Source: Octopus vulgaris (taxonomy: Eukaryota). From it: a DNA stretch of 64,000 nucleotides. The notes beneath the pieces are model-generated. The model ran no database searches. It was not told where the DNA came from and worked only from the letters and a program-made list of their open reading frames with translations. Location of the stretch: positions 9,238,001-9,302,000 of the forward strand of contig OX597837.1 in assembly GCA_951406725.2 (NCBI GenBank). Reading direction: 5' to 3'. Shown here in pieces: positions 39,849 to 53,781 of this stretch; position 1 is the stretch's first letter, and each line of letters starts with the position of its first letter. A program made the position numbers and the translations under genes.

Positions 39849-40163
39849 ATACTTCTAGAGTCAGAAACAGGAGCTGCAATATATTTGGACTAGGGTTAAA
39901 AGGCCGACAGGTCTTCAATGCCCTTTATGGTATATTATGGGTGCATAAAGAAATAAGACGTCCCTACATGTAAGTTAAATGTCCCTGGCATTCAGCTTCG
40001 AATCCAATATTTTTCTCTCTCGCCGCAGGTATTCTTTCTTTGTCTTGTTTCATATCACTGTGCTTAACTCCACCTGCCTCACGTATTCCTAGGTATATGC
40101 CCCAGCATGGCCACAGCTCATAAGCTGAAACTGGAAAAATCAAAATCAAAATCATATATATAT

Positions 40164-40226
<63 letters not shown>

Positions 40227-40406
40227 TCAAAATAAGCAACAAGAATGCCTCCGGTAATTTGGTACAATCATTTCTCTTGTTGCTTAATTTGATTATAGTC
40301 ACCCCTCAAATTTTTACGGATAACACCATACAAAATTCTGTAGCATCTAAATTAAGTACCATATTCATCTGAATCTAAATTTTCCTGAAGTTATATATAT
40401 ATGTAC

Positions 40407-40435
<29 letters not shown>

Positions 40436-40437
<2 letters not shown>

Positions 40438-40882
40438 ATTGAGTAGTTGAATGAATTATCTTATTATGGATAATTCGGTTAACCGATACCTGGGTAGCAA
40501 ATTCACATAAGAAAAACACGGTTGAAGCTACATGCCTAGGGCAGAGATCACGTGTTATCGTGTGGAAATTTGTGTGTTTTTTTAAATACAAATAAATGAA
40601 AGAATGGAGTTGAACGACGAATTAACAAAATTCCTTTATTTTATTTTCGACATATGTTTCGAAGGCTGCATATTCCTAATTTCGAAGGAATAAGGGGTGC
40701 ATTATGCCGCCTTCTCATCAGGAAAAGCAAGGAACTTATATCAGCATCAAGATGCACAAAAACTTTTAGATGACTGCCCACACGGAGCCCATAGGAATAT
40801 GCAGCCTTCGAAACATATGTCAAAAATAAAATAAAGGAATTTTGTTAATTCATCGTTCAACTCCATTCTTTCATTTATTTGT
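40436..40882. mobile_element. Non-coding PLE pseudo-LTR remnant in inverted arrangement, (TA)n-flanked
   Basis: 40586-40679 is the reverse complement of 40793-40884. Homologous to 10200-10424. Confidence 0.8.
40644..40726 (-). ncRNA. Type-I hammerhead ribozyme motif (canonical core)
   Basis: Minus strand: TTTTC-CTGATGA-GAAGGCGGCATA(loop)TATGCAGCCTTC-GAAA-CATATG-TC-GAAAA. Confidence 0.88.
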
Positions 40883-41125
40883 ATATATATATATCCGGAT
40901 TTAGATTCAATTGTCTTTATCGTCTCACAACTTGGCATACATGCTTTCTGTCCTGGCAAACGTTCCTCGTCTCATCCTCACCATAGCACATTCTGAAAGA
41001 TACCACTGCCCCTACGATTACCGCTTGAGCTATTACAAATACTAGTACCACTGCTGCTACAGCTAATGTTGCTGCTACTGCTACTGTTACTACTACAGCT
41101 ACTACTATTACTACTACTACTACTT

Positions 41126-41160
<35 letters not shown>

Positions 41161-41357
41161 ACAGACCCCCACTAAAAATAGTTCTCGGCAACGATAGCTA
41201 TATGTATTTTACAGGTGTCGTTTCTCACTTGTGTAATAAATTGGTGAACAGAGATTACACCCCCCCTCCGGCCCCACCAACCTAAACATAACTTTTCTTT
41301 GTGCCTGTCAACCAATATTAAAAGACAGCAAGTTCACCGTTCTCGATCCTGAATTTA

Positions 41358-41391
<34 letters not shown>

Positions 41392-41427
41392 ATGCATACA
41401 TATATGTAGGTGTATAAGCGCATATAA

Positions 41428-41464
<37 letters not shown>

Positions 41465-41672
41465 TATATATATGTATACACGCGCATAAACAGATATATC
41501 ACCTGTACACGCACACACACACATATATACAATCTACTTACATGGATATCTATAAATATATACATATGTATTAGTATGTATATATACATATATATATATA
41601 CATCTGCATAAGTATGTATATATATATATATATATACATATGTATAAGTATGTATATATATACATATATATA

Positions 41673-41722
<50 letters not shown>

Positions 41723-42409
41723 TGTATGTATATATATGCCTGTGTGTGACTGTGCGTGTGTGTGTGTTTAACGCATACATATGCTCATCGGCAAATACCA
41801 CACAAACACATATAAATATTGAAATGAAATGGCATAGATTACGATTATTACTGTCATGTGTTAGCGATTTTTTCAATCAACCAATTAAACGAACGAGACA
41901 ACTTTGTATTTATATACACAAATAAAATCGTACAAAACTCTATATCGATAATCACCTCAACAATGGCAATACACTTTATGTAGACGCAATGTTATTGTAT
42001 GTGGTTATATAGAAAACAAAATAAAAGACCGCCGAGCTAACGATGTATTGACATTCACAATAACGTTTTGACTCCATCGAATACGACTTGTACTATCAAG
42101 GTGTTTGTTCAATGGTTTTTACTAGCTTATGGTGTCTATATATAGAAAATGGTGTCATTTATTAAGTTGATCGTCTAAAAGTCAGTTATAATGGGAATCT
42201 AATAGACGCAATCTAGACAGCATATTCTGTGTGTGTGTTTGTGTTTGTGTGTGTGTGTATGTGTGTGTGTGTGTGTTACTTAATTACGTAGCATCTGTGT
42301 TCATGGCATATTGAAAAGTGATACCGCCATTTCATGAATGCATAATTTGGATATCCTCCGCATACGATATAAGTTTGTGTACGTCTGTCTGTCTCTCTTT
42401 CCATCGATC

Positions 42410-42801
<392 letters not shown>

Positions 42802-42864
42802 CTGTCTGCCTATCTCTCCCTCGCTCTCTTTCTCCCTCACTCTCTCTTTCATTCTTTATATGTG

Positions 42865-43062
42865 TGTGTGTGTGTGAATTGCTATCTGCGTTTGTCCGCC
42901 ACCACCGCTTGACAACCGATGTTGATGGTTCGGCAGAGAGGTCAATAGAATAAGTATCAGGCTTCACAAGAAATAAATACTGGGGGCGATTCATTTGACA
43001 GAATACTTCAACGTGGTGCCCCACCATGGCTGCAGTCGAATTACTAAAACAAGTAAAATGGT
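42865..43062 (+). mobile_element. SINE A 3' half, degenerate
   Basis: cgcttgacaaccgatg..ggttcggca..agaataagta..catggctgcagtc..aaacaagtaaaa. Confidence 0.7.
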
Positions 43063-43086
43063 AAATATACACTCGCACACACACAC

Positions 43087-43117
<31 letters not shown>

Positions 43118-43225
43118 TATATATATATATTCTTGTATTCTTTTATGCTTTTACCTGTTTAACTGCAGCCACGCTAGAGGCTGCAGTCGAATTACTAAAA
43201 CAAGTAAAATGGTAAATATACACTC

Positions 43226-43272
<47 letters not shown>

Positions 43273-43277
43273 ACATT

Positions 43278-43356
<79 letters not shown>

Positions 43357-43379
43357 ATATATATATATATATATATATA

Positions 43380-43586
43380 GATCGCCATGTTGATTCGTTA
43401 GCTACTGCACGCTTTTTTCTCTCCTTCTTTCTGTGTTTTTTTCTCTCTGTGTATCTTTCTGTTGAAGAGCGTAGGCTCGAAACGTTAAAGACTTGTTTTA
43501 TTTATATTTCCTGACCATACTAATACAATTGTTTGTTTGTTAAATCCACCTGCCTTCGTCTTTTGTTTATTTTCATAAAGCTTCCA

Positions 43587-43590
<4 letters not shown>
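43380..43590 (+). mobile_element. Family D (TA)n-embedded element with hammerhead-like fold at 43454-43491
   Basis: TCTTT-CTGTTGAA-GAGC(gtag)GCTC-GAAA-CG-TT-AAAGA. Homologous to the 15552 and 62070 copies. Confidence 0.75.
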
Positions 43591-43655
<65 letters not shown>

Positions 43656-43830
43656 GACGGGCTTCTTTCATTTTCCATCTACCACATCCACTCACAAGGC
43701 TTTGGTCGGCCCAAAGTGCTACGCCGTGGGACTGAACTCGGAACCATGTGGTTGGGAAACAAGCTTTGTTACCAAATAGCCACACTTTCGCTACATATAT
43801 ATTTCTCTATTGGATTCTCTCTCTCGCACG

Positions 43831-43870
<40 letters not shown>

Positions 43871-44557
43871 AACGCGTTCACACTCATCAACAAATGCACA
43901 TCTATATATATATGTGAATGGATGTGCGATTGTGCGAGCAAGGTTTTGTGCATACCGTCATTAAAAACGTGTCTTCCTCGATTTACACAATTCCGATTTG
44001 TACGGTGATTCGCAGAACCAATGTACCGAGTAAGTCGAGGCGCAACCGCATATCACCAACACAATCAGATTTATAGAGCAAATAAACTATTAAATATGGC
44101 GTCGTCGAAACATAACCGTAAAACTTCATGGATCATATCTTCATACGTATGTCCATTAGAAAGGAAATACAGCGTTACATTGGACAATTCATATGACTAA
44201 AGATATAACTAAAGCGATATTTAAGCCACAAATCGTCGCTTTAATCAGTGGATTCGCTGTAACATTAAGCTGGTTTCCTAATTCTTATTACGATTTCGAT
44301 TTGTTAGTGTATGTAGTTATAAATGGCTTCTGTTGGTAGGGAACGAGTTTTGTGAGGAAAGCTAGGAAGATTGTTATTCGTGTTACTGACTGCAAGTAGG
44401 TTGCTATTGTTGTTGTTGTTGTTGTTGTTTTTGTTATATTTGATGTTGTTACTATGATATTGCTTTTGGTGGGGCTGCAGGGTTTTGGTCTTTGTTTGAA
44501 GTCTATAACCCTATATTGTATGAATTATGGAGATCAGATACAAAAAGAACACATACA

Positions 44558-44686
<129 letters not shown>

Positions 44687-44718
44687 CATATATATACATA
44701 AATATGTATATATATATG

Positions 44719-44763
<45 letters not shown>

Positions 44764-45092
44764 ATATATATATGTATGTATGTATATATATATATGTATG
44801 TATATATATATTCTCTCAAAGGCAATCAAAATTCATAACTGAAAAGTGAATCGTTGCAAATTTTTAAGTGAGAGAGAATATATGGGCACATTGGGCTTAA
44901 AGTAAAATTATGTAGTGATGGTAGTAAAACATGAGAATAAACGGGTCTGGACGTGGCTGTGTGATAAGAAGCTTGCTACTCAACTACATGGTTCAGGGTT
45001 CAGTCCCACAGAATCACTCCTTGAACAAGTGCTTCCAATAGCCTCGAGTCGGTCAAAGCATTCTGAGCGGATTTGGCAGACGGAAACACGTC

Positions 45093-45131
<39 letters not shown>

Positions 45132-45132
<1 letters not shown>

Positions 45133-45525
45133 TAGCAGCATCGCCCGGCGTTGCTCGAGTTTGTAAGGGAAATAACTATATAAGCATTTTTAGAGATGTA
45201 AAGTATAATAGCCATCTCAATATGGCTAACCACAAAGGGGGTTGTTACTGTAGCTTTTTACGTTCTGAGATTTAATAATACATTTTTAGAGAGTTACTTC
45301 CCTTATATAATAGCAAAAAAACGCATTAAAAATGGGAAAAAATTATGGTAATTTTTTTTTAAATCGTAGACTCATTGTAGACGCGCGCTAATACCCAGAA
45401 GGGCTCGATATGAATCACGACTATAAGATACCCGCTTTTGGTTACACTGCACCGCAAAATGTGGGAGTAGTTAGGAATCTAAATCGTAGGAGACAGACAC
45501 ACAACTTCACTTTTATATATAAAGA
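45132..45525 (-). mobile_element. Non-autonomous Helitron
   Basis: Minus strand starts TC, ends with a GC-rich hairpin and CTAG, and sits between A and T with no TSD. Homologous to 46559-46953. Confidence 0.8.
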
Positions 45526-45782
45526 TATATCTTTGTGTACATGTATATGGCCAGGTGGCGTGTGAAGTTAAGGCGTTCCCGGTCAGAGCCGGAATTCTTC
45601 AGGTGGAAAATTTTTCACGACGGTTGTAACGGAAAACGGGCTTCCTTGGATGTGTGTGTGTGTGTGGTATGCGTGTGTATATGTACGGGGGAGCATCATC
45701 ATCAACATCAACAAGCGATATATTGAGATCCTTCTTTCCTTATTATACAATTAAATACACGTCAAAACTCTTCCCCACTATA

Positions 45783-46181
45783 ACTCTTTCTCTTTCTCTT
45801 TTACTTGTTTCAGTCATTTGACTGCGGCCATGCTGGAGCACCGCCTTTAATCGAGCAACTCGACCCCGGGACTTATTCTTTGTAAGCCCAGTACTTATTC
45901 TATCGGTCTCTTTTTTGCCGAACCGCTAGGTGACGGGGACGTAAACACACCAGCATCGGTTGTCAAGCAATGCTAGGGGAACAAACACAGACACACACAC
46001 ACGCATATATATATATATACATATATACGACAGGCTTCTTTCAGTTTCCGTCTACCACTCACAAGGCATTGGTCGGCCCGGGGCTATAGCAGAAGACACT
46101 TGTCCAAGATGCCACGCAGTGGGACTGAACCCGGAACCATGTGGTTGGTTAGCAAGCTACTTACCACACAGCCACTCCTGC
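45783..46181 (-). mobile_element. SINE family A
   Basis: Closely similar to 19543-19945. Confidence 0.88.
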
Positions 46182-46558
46182 TAGAAACTAAATATTGCTT
46201 TCAAATTATGGCACAAGCCCATAAATTCCGCGGAGTGGCTAATTCGATTACATCGATCTCTGTAGTCAATTTCTACTTATTTCATCGGCCCTGCAATGTC
46301 GAAATGCCGCTAAGTATTTTGATCGGTGCAGTGAGGATCCTGCGAGCCCGCTGCCTTAAATATGATCTGCACGTTCCTTCATATTATAGCCACAAGGACT
46401 GGAAATTCGGGGGAGCGGTCAGCCGATTATATCTACCCCAGAACGTACCAGGTACTTATTTTATCGTGCTTGATTTGGCGATAACCAAAGTCGCCCTCGG
46501 CGAACGATTCTGCCAGGTCACCGCCTTAATTATGATAATGAAATACTAGACAATAATA

Positions 46559-46953
46559 TCTTTATATATAAAAGTAAGGTTGTGTGTCTGTCTACTCCGA
46601 TTTTGATTCCTAACTACTCCAACATTTTGTGGTTCAGTTTAACCAAAACCGGGTATCTTATAGTCGTGATTCATATCGAGCCCGTCTGGGTATCAGCGCG
46701 AGTCTACGATGAGTCTACGATTTTAAAAATAATTTACCATCATTTTTTCCCATTTTAATGCATATTTTTTAAATATAAGGGAAGTAACTCTCTAAAAATT
46801 TCTACGATGAGTCAACGATTTAAAAAAAAATTTACCATCATATTTTTTTCCATTTTTAATGCATTTTTTTGCTATTTTTTGGCTATAACTCTCTAAAAAT
46901 ACTTTATAGTTATTTTCCTTACAAACCCGAGCAACGCCGGGCGATACTGCTAG
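46559..46953 (+). mobile_element. Non-autonomous Helitron
   Basis: A^TCTTTATATATAAAAG...CCCGAGCAACGCCGGG..CTAG^T, with an internal duplication of ~100 bp. Confidence 0.82.
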
Positions 46954-47282
46954 TTGACTATAAAATAAAGTACATATCAAATGAATACATTTATATAAAG
47001 TTTTTGATTGATTGATTGATTGATTCTAGTTTCAGCTTATGAGCTGTGGCCATGCTGGGGCACCGCCATTTGGTGTCTGATTAATTAATATATGAGTAAG
47101 TTGTATATATCTATATTTTGTATGAATAATTAAAAACATTGTGGTTCGCAGCAAAAATAGTAATTGCATATAAGTGCACAAGACCTTATATCTAGTTTCA
47201 GTATGACATATGTGGTATATTTGCATATCTTTTTAATTTAAGAATAGGCAGCTTCGGTTTCCATAGAAGATAGCTCTTGTTG

Positions 47283-47315
<33 letters not shown>

Positions 47316-47318
<3 letters not shown>

Positions 47319-47535
47319 CCTACTCGCTTAGCCAGCGGGGTGGTGTCATTTGAAGGCTAATACAATGCGAACGCATTGTGACCAGCGATGTGTAGCAACA
47401 TCTGATGGTCTGGTCGGTCACGTGATCACATGAACCACCAGTGATAGAAAGATGTATACAATGCGAACGCATTGTGACCAGCGATGTGTAGCAACATCTG
47501 ATGGTCTGGTCGGTCACGTGATCACGTGACCGACC
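47316..47535 (+). mobile_element. SINE C 3' tail with a ~68-bp direct duplication
   Basis: caatgcgaacgcattgtgacc...ggtcacgtgatcac at ~47362 and ~47459. Confidence 0.75.
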
Positions 47536-47779
47536 AGAGAGTGAAATATGTATGTCTGTAAGTGTATATGTGTGTGTGTCTGTAAATAAACATATCTGTA
47601 TCTATCTCTGACTTTTTCTCACTGTCTCAATCTCTCTCTCTCTCTCTCTCTCTCTCTTTATTTATATATATTCACGTGTACACACACATAGACACACACA
47701 TACGCACATACATACATACGTACATACACACATACATACATGTAGCCCCTGTTCCTGTTAATTATCTATTACGTTTTAA

Positions 47780-47997
<218 letters not shown>

Positions 47998-48847
47998 TAC
48001 AGAAGATGTCTCATGGGAAAGTTTTAATGGAAGGTGTTCTTTTGGGAAATATGCAATCTTAGTTAGATGTCTGAGATTTTTCAGGCTTCATCTCTTACTT
48101 GAATAATTGATAATTGGTAACTGCGATGACGTTCTCTTTAACTAATTGATTTTTTCCTTGATATTAACACAGTTTTGTATTTTCGATTATGTCAATATGA
48201 TCTGAAGGTCTATTAACCTGAAATGGTGTCGTTGCGTCGTCTTGTAGCAATGTTTTCGTAGAGCCAGAGCAATCAGGATCGAGCACAAACTAGAGAGGCA
48301 CGGCTCCTAGTTTTTCTCTGTTTCTTACCGTAAGATTACATTTAATGCGTGAATTAATGGTGATACCGTTCGTATGTTCGCTGACTTACCCCTTAGGTAA
48401 AGGTTATTGTTTTACCTTTCTAGACTGAAGTTTTATCAGGGCAGCAAGCTCGCAGAGTCATTAGCGCATGCTTAGAAACATTTATTCGGAGTTCCCGTCT
48501 CTGAGTCCAAATGCCACCGGACTCGACTTTGCCTTTCATCCTTTTGGGGTCGATAAAATAAGTACCGGTTGTTTAAAACAAGTCTTGATACAAACGACTT
48601 GTCTCCCCCGCTCAACCGAACTTGCTGGCCTTGTGCTCAAACTGAAATCCACTATCACCATCACCTTCATCATCATCATCATCATTAAGGTAACGAGCTG
48701 GCAGCATCATTAGAACGCCGAGCGAATTCCCTAGCGTTCTTTCGTCAGTCTTTATGTTTTGCGTTCAAATTCCAGCGATGTCGATATTGTCTTTCATCAT
48801 TTCGGGTTCGATAACGCTTGTTTTCCTCTTTAACAATTATATATATA

Positions 48848-49682
48848 TATATATAAATTTATATATGAGGATAATATCGATGTTTAAGTGTCGAAATTAT
48901 CAAGTGGCCAGCATGAAAGAAATACCTTACAAAGGTAAAAAATTTTTAACAATTAAAAATGAGGGTGTCTAGAAGACACCAACATGCCGAAATAGCAGTC
49001 GAAACCCTGACTATAAAACCACGTTAAATGTTCATATCGCACCATGAGGTAAAGCGGAGGGAGAAAACATACAAGCAAAAATTATTGAATAATTCAAGAT
49101 CCAAGGATTTCTGGTTCTGCTTTAAATAAGCTTTACCGTCATCAATTGAATATATCAAGGGTACATAAATACAGATATATATATGCACAGCAAACGATAT
49201 ACTTACATATACGAGCGCCGTACATACATACATATGGTGCGATATGAACATTTAACGTGGTTTTATAGTCAGGGTTTCGACTGCTATTTCGGCATGTTGG
49301 TGTCTTCTAGACACCCTCATTTTTAATTGTTAAAAATTATTTTAACCATATCGTTATTATGAGGTGATTTGGCGGGCAATTCAGACTGGCTGTGTCCATA
49401 CGTGCATATGTATGTATGTACGACGCTCGTATATGTAAGTATATCGTTTGCTGTGTATATATATATCTGTATTTATGTACCCTTGATATATTCAATTGAT
49501 GACGGTAAAGCTTATTTAAAGCAGAACCAGAAATCCTTGGATCTTGAATTATTCAATAATTTTTGCTTGTATGTTTTGTCCCTCCGCTTTGCCTCATGGT
49601 GCGATATGAACATTTAACGTGGTTTTATAGTTAGGGTTTCGACTGCTATTTGGGCATGTTGGTGTCTTCTAGACACCCTCAT

Positions 49683-49690
<8 letters not shown>
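48848..49690. mobile_element. Non-coding PLE-like element with nested inverted repeats, (TA)n-flanked
   Basis: 48951-49236 is the reverse complement of 49405-49690, and 48941-49045 of 49234-49338. Confidence 0.8.
49491..49548 (+). ncRNA. Type-I hammerhead-like motif, U3 variant (mirror copy at 49093-49150, minus strand)
   Basis: TTCAA-TTGATGA-CGGT(..)ACCA-GAAA-TCC(tt)GGA-TC-TTGAA. Confidence 0.65.
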
Positions 49691-49727
<37 letters not shown>

Positions 49728-49728
49728 T

Positions 49729-49773
<45 letters not shown>

Positions 49774-49866
49774 CACACACACATATATGTATATATTCAT
49801 ATATATACATATACATATATATATATGTATATATATAGATATATATATATACGTATATATATATAC

Positions 49867-50868
49867 TTTGGTGTCCTGTACTCATATATGCGTGTATATA
49901 TTTACATGTAGAGGTAGGTACGTACATATATGTTTATATATATGCATATGTTTTATTTCTTTTATTAATATATTATATGACTTAACGCACGCACCCTCTT
50001 AAGTAAGATTGTTCTGTATATCAAGTTTTTGTCTTGATATTAACTCTCACGCGCACTCTTCACCTTTCTGTCCCATCCCTATTCTTTGATTTTCTTTTTT
50101 CCCCACTTAACTTGTCTCTTCCTCTCTCTCTCATTCTTCACTCTCTCTCTAGCCCTCACCATTCTTCATGGTCTCCTGCAGCCATTCCCCTTCTTCTCTC
50201 CCTTCCTCTTGCTCCTCCTCCCCCTTTCCCGTCGTCCACCCGCGACGATACTTCCGCCCTGACTGTCTTTTTTGGCCTGGCTTTCAAGGTAACTGGACGA
50301 CATTCTTCCTCCTCTCCTGTCGTTCACAAAAAATTCTGCGTTTGCAATACTTTTTTCGATCGGCATCAACAGCCCTTCTTATCTTGTTTTTCCCTGTCCT
50401 GTCTTTTACTGTTATATTTTTTTACTGTTTATATTTTTTTACTGTTTATTTTTTTACTGTTTATATTTTTGTACTGTCGTTACTGTCCTGTTTTTTTACC
50501 ATTTTTTTACCATTTTTTACCCCTCTGCGAAAAGATCTCAGAATTTTAATTGATTTGCTTTTCGCAGGAAGGAAAGTTTCTTGTCGAAGGTATGTCTCGC
50601 TTTTATCCTTCGAAACGTAGAGTAGATGAAACCTTAGCGACTGAAGAAGGGGTTTTTTCGTTGTGTTAATTGTCCTGTACTCCATTTTTTGTTGTTTTTA
50701 AAACAATGTCCAACTCCTTTGGTTTGTGTCTATGTTTTCGTTTCTCTTTGTGTTCGACGTCCCTTTGGTGTCCTGTATTCATATATGCGTGTATATGTAC
50801 ATGTAGAGGTAGGTACGTACATATATGTTTATATATATGCATATGTTTTATTTCATTTATTAATATAT
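49867..50868 (+). mobile_element. ~1-kb non-coding element bounded by ~105-bp direct repeats (PLE pseudo-LTR-like)
   Basis: ctttggtgtcctgta..catatatgcgtgtata...ttattaatatat at 49867-49972 and 50763-50868. (TA)n flanks. Confidence 0.65.
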
Positions 50869-51487
50869 ATATATATACAGATTGTGTGGTTTAACCGTGC
50901 ATCCATTCACCGTGTCACAAAAAGTGTTCATGAACATTAACTACGTTCTAAACTTCGTTTTAAATAAGCTTAAATGTGAAATGCAATCTAAGATACAATC
51001 GAAATTTTCCATTCACCAAAATAAATTGGAGTCTTACAATTGCAACTCGGACGTATATCCGAGACACAATCGAAATATTTAAAGATATAAAAAAACATTA
51101 TAACTATCTAATAATTTTATGTATGAAAATAAAGAAGACCGAGAACTAGAGAAACTATAGAACGGGGAAATTCGCTAATTCATAGTAAAATATGAGTTGT
51201 GTCCTACTGTTTCCAACTGAGCACTTTTGACGTTGAAATAGTGATAAATATTTGAAAGGTACAAAGATAAATATTTGAAAGATAGATACAAAAAGAATCT
51301 CGATCAACCGATGCCCCCACCGCCATTTTGGCATTCCCATTTATATAAAAGTGCATTACGAAGTGAGCTTCCTACTTATTCGTTGATACTGCGTCGAAAC
51401 ACTTTCACATACACATGTACATATATTTACATACACAGAAATCCATGCCATAAAACTTGTGTGTATATATGCATGTATGTATCTATG

Positions 51488-51555
<68 letters not shown>

Positions 51556-51650
51556 AAGGGATAGATAGATAGATAGATAGATAGATCTTATAGATAGATA
51601 GATAGATATATACTTATACATATCTTATACATATATACATATATATATCT

Positions 51651-51695
<45 letters not shown>

Positions 51696-51854
51696 ATATT
51701 TACAGACAGGCGGACTAACGGAGTGAGAGAGAGAGATACATAGATTGATTGATAGATAAATAGACAGATAGATTTATAAATATATTTATATCAAAAAGTG
51801 GCAGTAATACACATTGCCCGAAAGAGAAATACATTTATACATAATGTGTATATA

Positions 51855-51891
<37 letters not shown>

Positions 51892-51979
51892 ATGTGTGTA
51901 TGTATATGTATATTCGCATATATTGCCAGTATTTGTGTGTGTATATATATATATTCATATATATTGCCAATATATATAT

Positions 51980-52062
<83 letters not shown>

Positions 52063-52650
52063 ATTGTGCATACGTGTGTTTGAGTGTGTGTGTTTGTGTA
52101 TTCCTACAGACAGATACATATTCAGGCACGCATACGTAATGCAGTCTGCTGCCTCTTCCATGAGATGTCGATTCGATTCCGACTTCTTTTGAGGTAGGCG
52201 GACAGTATTCTTATAAGTCTATGTGCAAACTGTATATATTCTAAGTCTCTAAGCTTTCTCTTCTACCGTTGACAGATTTGTTAGAATTATAAAACCTTAT
52301 TCCCTTCGTGTTTCATTGCCAGCTGTTAGAGTTCCGTTGATTTGTCAGCAATGATATATTATTGATAGTTCACTGTTCCGCTTAAGTCTTATGAGCCACA
52401 GAGAGAGGGAGAGAGAAAGGTAGAGAGAGATGGAATAGGAATACTGTCTGTATTAGTTCTTCTGTTCAATTATTCTCTATCTTTCACTAAACACCACTAA
52501 CTCATCGCGCGACCTCATATCTCACAAACTCCATGTATTCTTTCTCCCCCATTCTCTTCCTATGCTTTTCCATTCTCTGCCGCTCTTCCCTCCACCTAAT
52601 TATTTTCTCTTCCCGTTGTCATTTTCTCTATGCGTTTATGTGTGTGTGTA

Positions 52651-52687
<37 letters not shown>

Positions 52688-53188
52688 ATACTTGTGTGAG
52701 TGTTTACTTGTGATATATCTGTGTGTGTGTGTATGGATATATCGTAGCTTGCTCTATGTGTGTGTTTGTGCTGGTGATATCTTTTTCATTTATATTTGTT
52801 TGCTACTTCCATTTCATTCTCAAATCTCTCTTTTTCTTTTCTTTTCAGATCAAGAGAGATACAGAGGAAGAGATGGGAGCGAGAATATGAGGGGAGGAGG
52901 AAGAGCAGGAGGAAGAAAGGGAAGTTGGAGGGGTACTCAGATCGGTGAGAGAGAGAGAGAAAGAGCGAGTGTTTCTTTCAATCCATCTACAAACGGAAAT
53001 AAATTTGACATCCCCATATAGAGAATGTGATAAGTGAGTGTGTTTGAATAGTTACACGTAATCACACACATACACATAACAGTGTACGAGTATGTGTACG
53101 ACTGTATACGTATATATATATATATGTCTCTATATAATATATATATATATATATTATATATACACATACACACGCATATATATATCCT

Positions 53189-53237
<49 letters not shown>

Positions 53238-53346
53238 ATTTGTAAGACTATATAATACAATAAATATAAATATATAGATATAATGAATACATGTCAATAT
53301 ATATATATTTATATATTCATATGTCATTATGTGAATATATAGATAT

Positions 53347-53398
<52 letters not shown>

Positions 53399-53614
53399 CG
53401 CATGCGCACACACTTGCTTAGGAAAATGCAATATATCATACTAGGTATGTTGTGTGCAATTTATCTGAGAATACATTGGCACCCCGTCACATACTTTGCT
53501 ACAAATGAAAACTAAATCTCACACACACACACATACAAGTATGCAAGCACACACGTATATATACCCTTCAACTTATAGGTATTTCTTCGTCCTCTACATA
53601 TATATGTATATATA

Positions 53615-53781
<167 letters not shown>

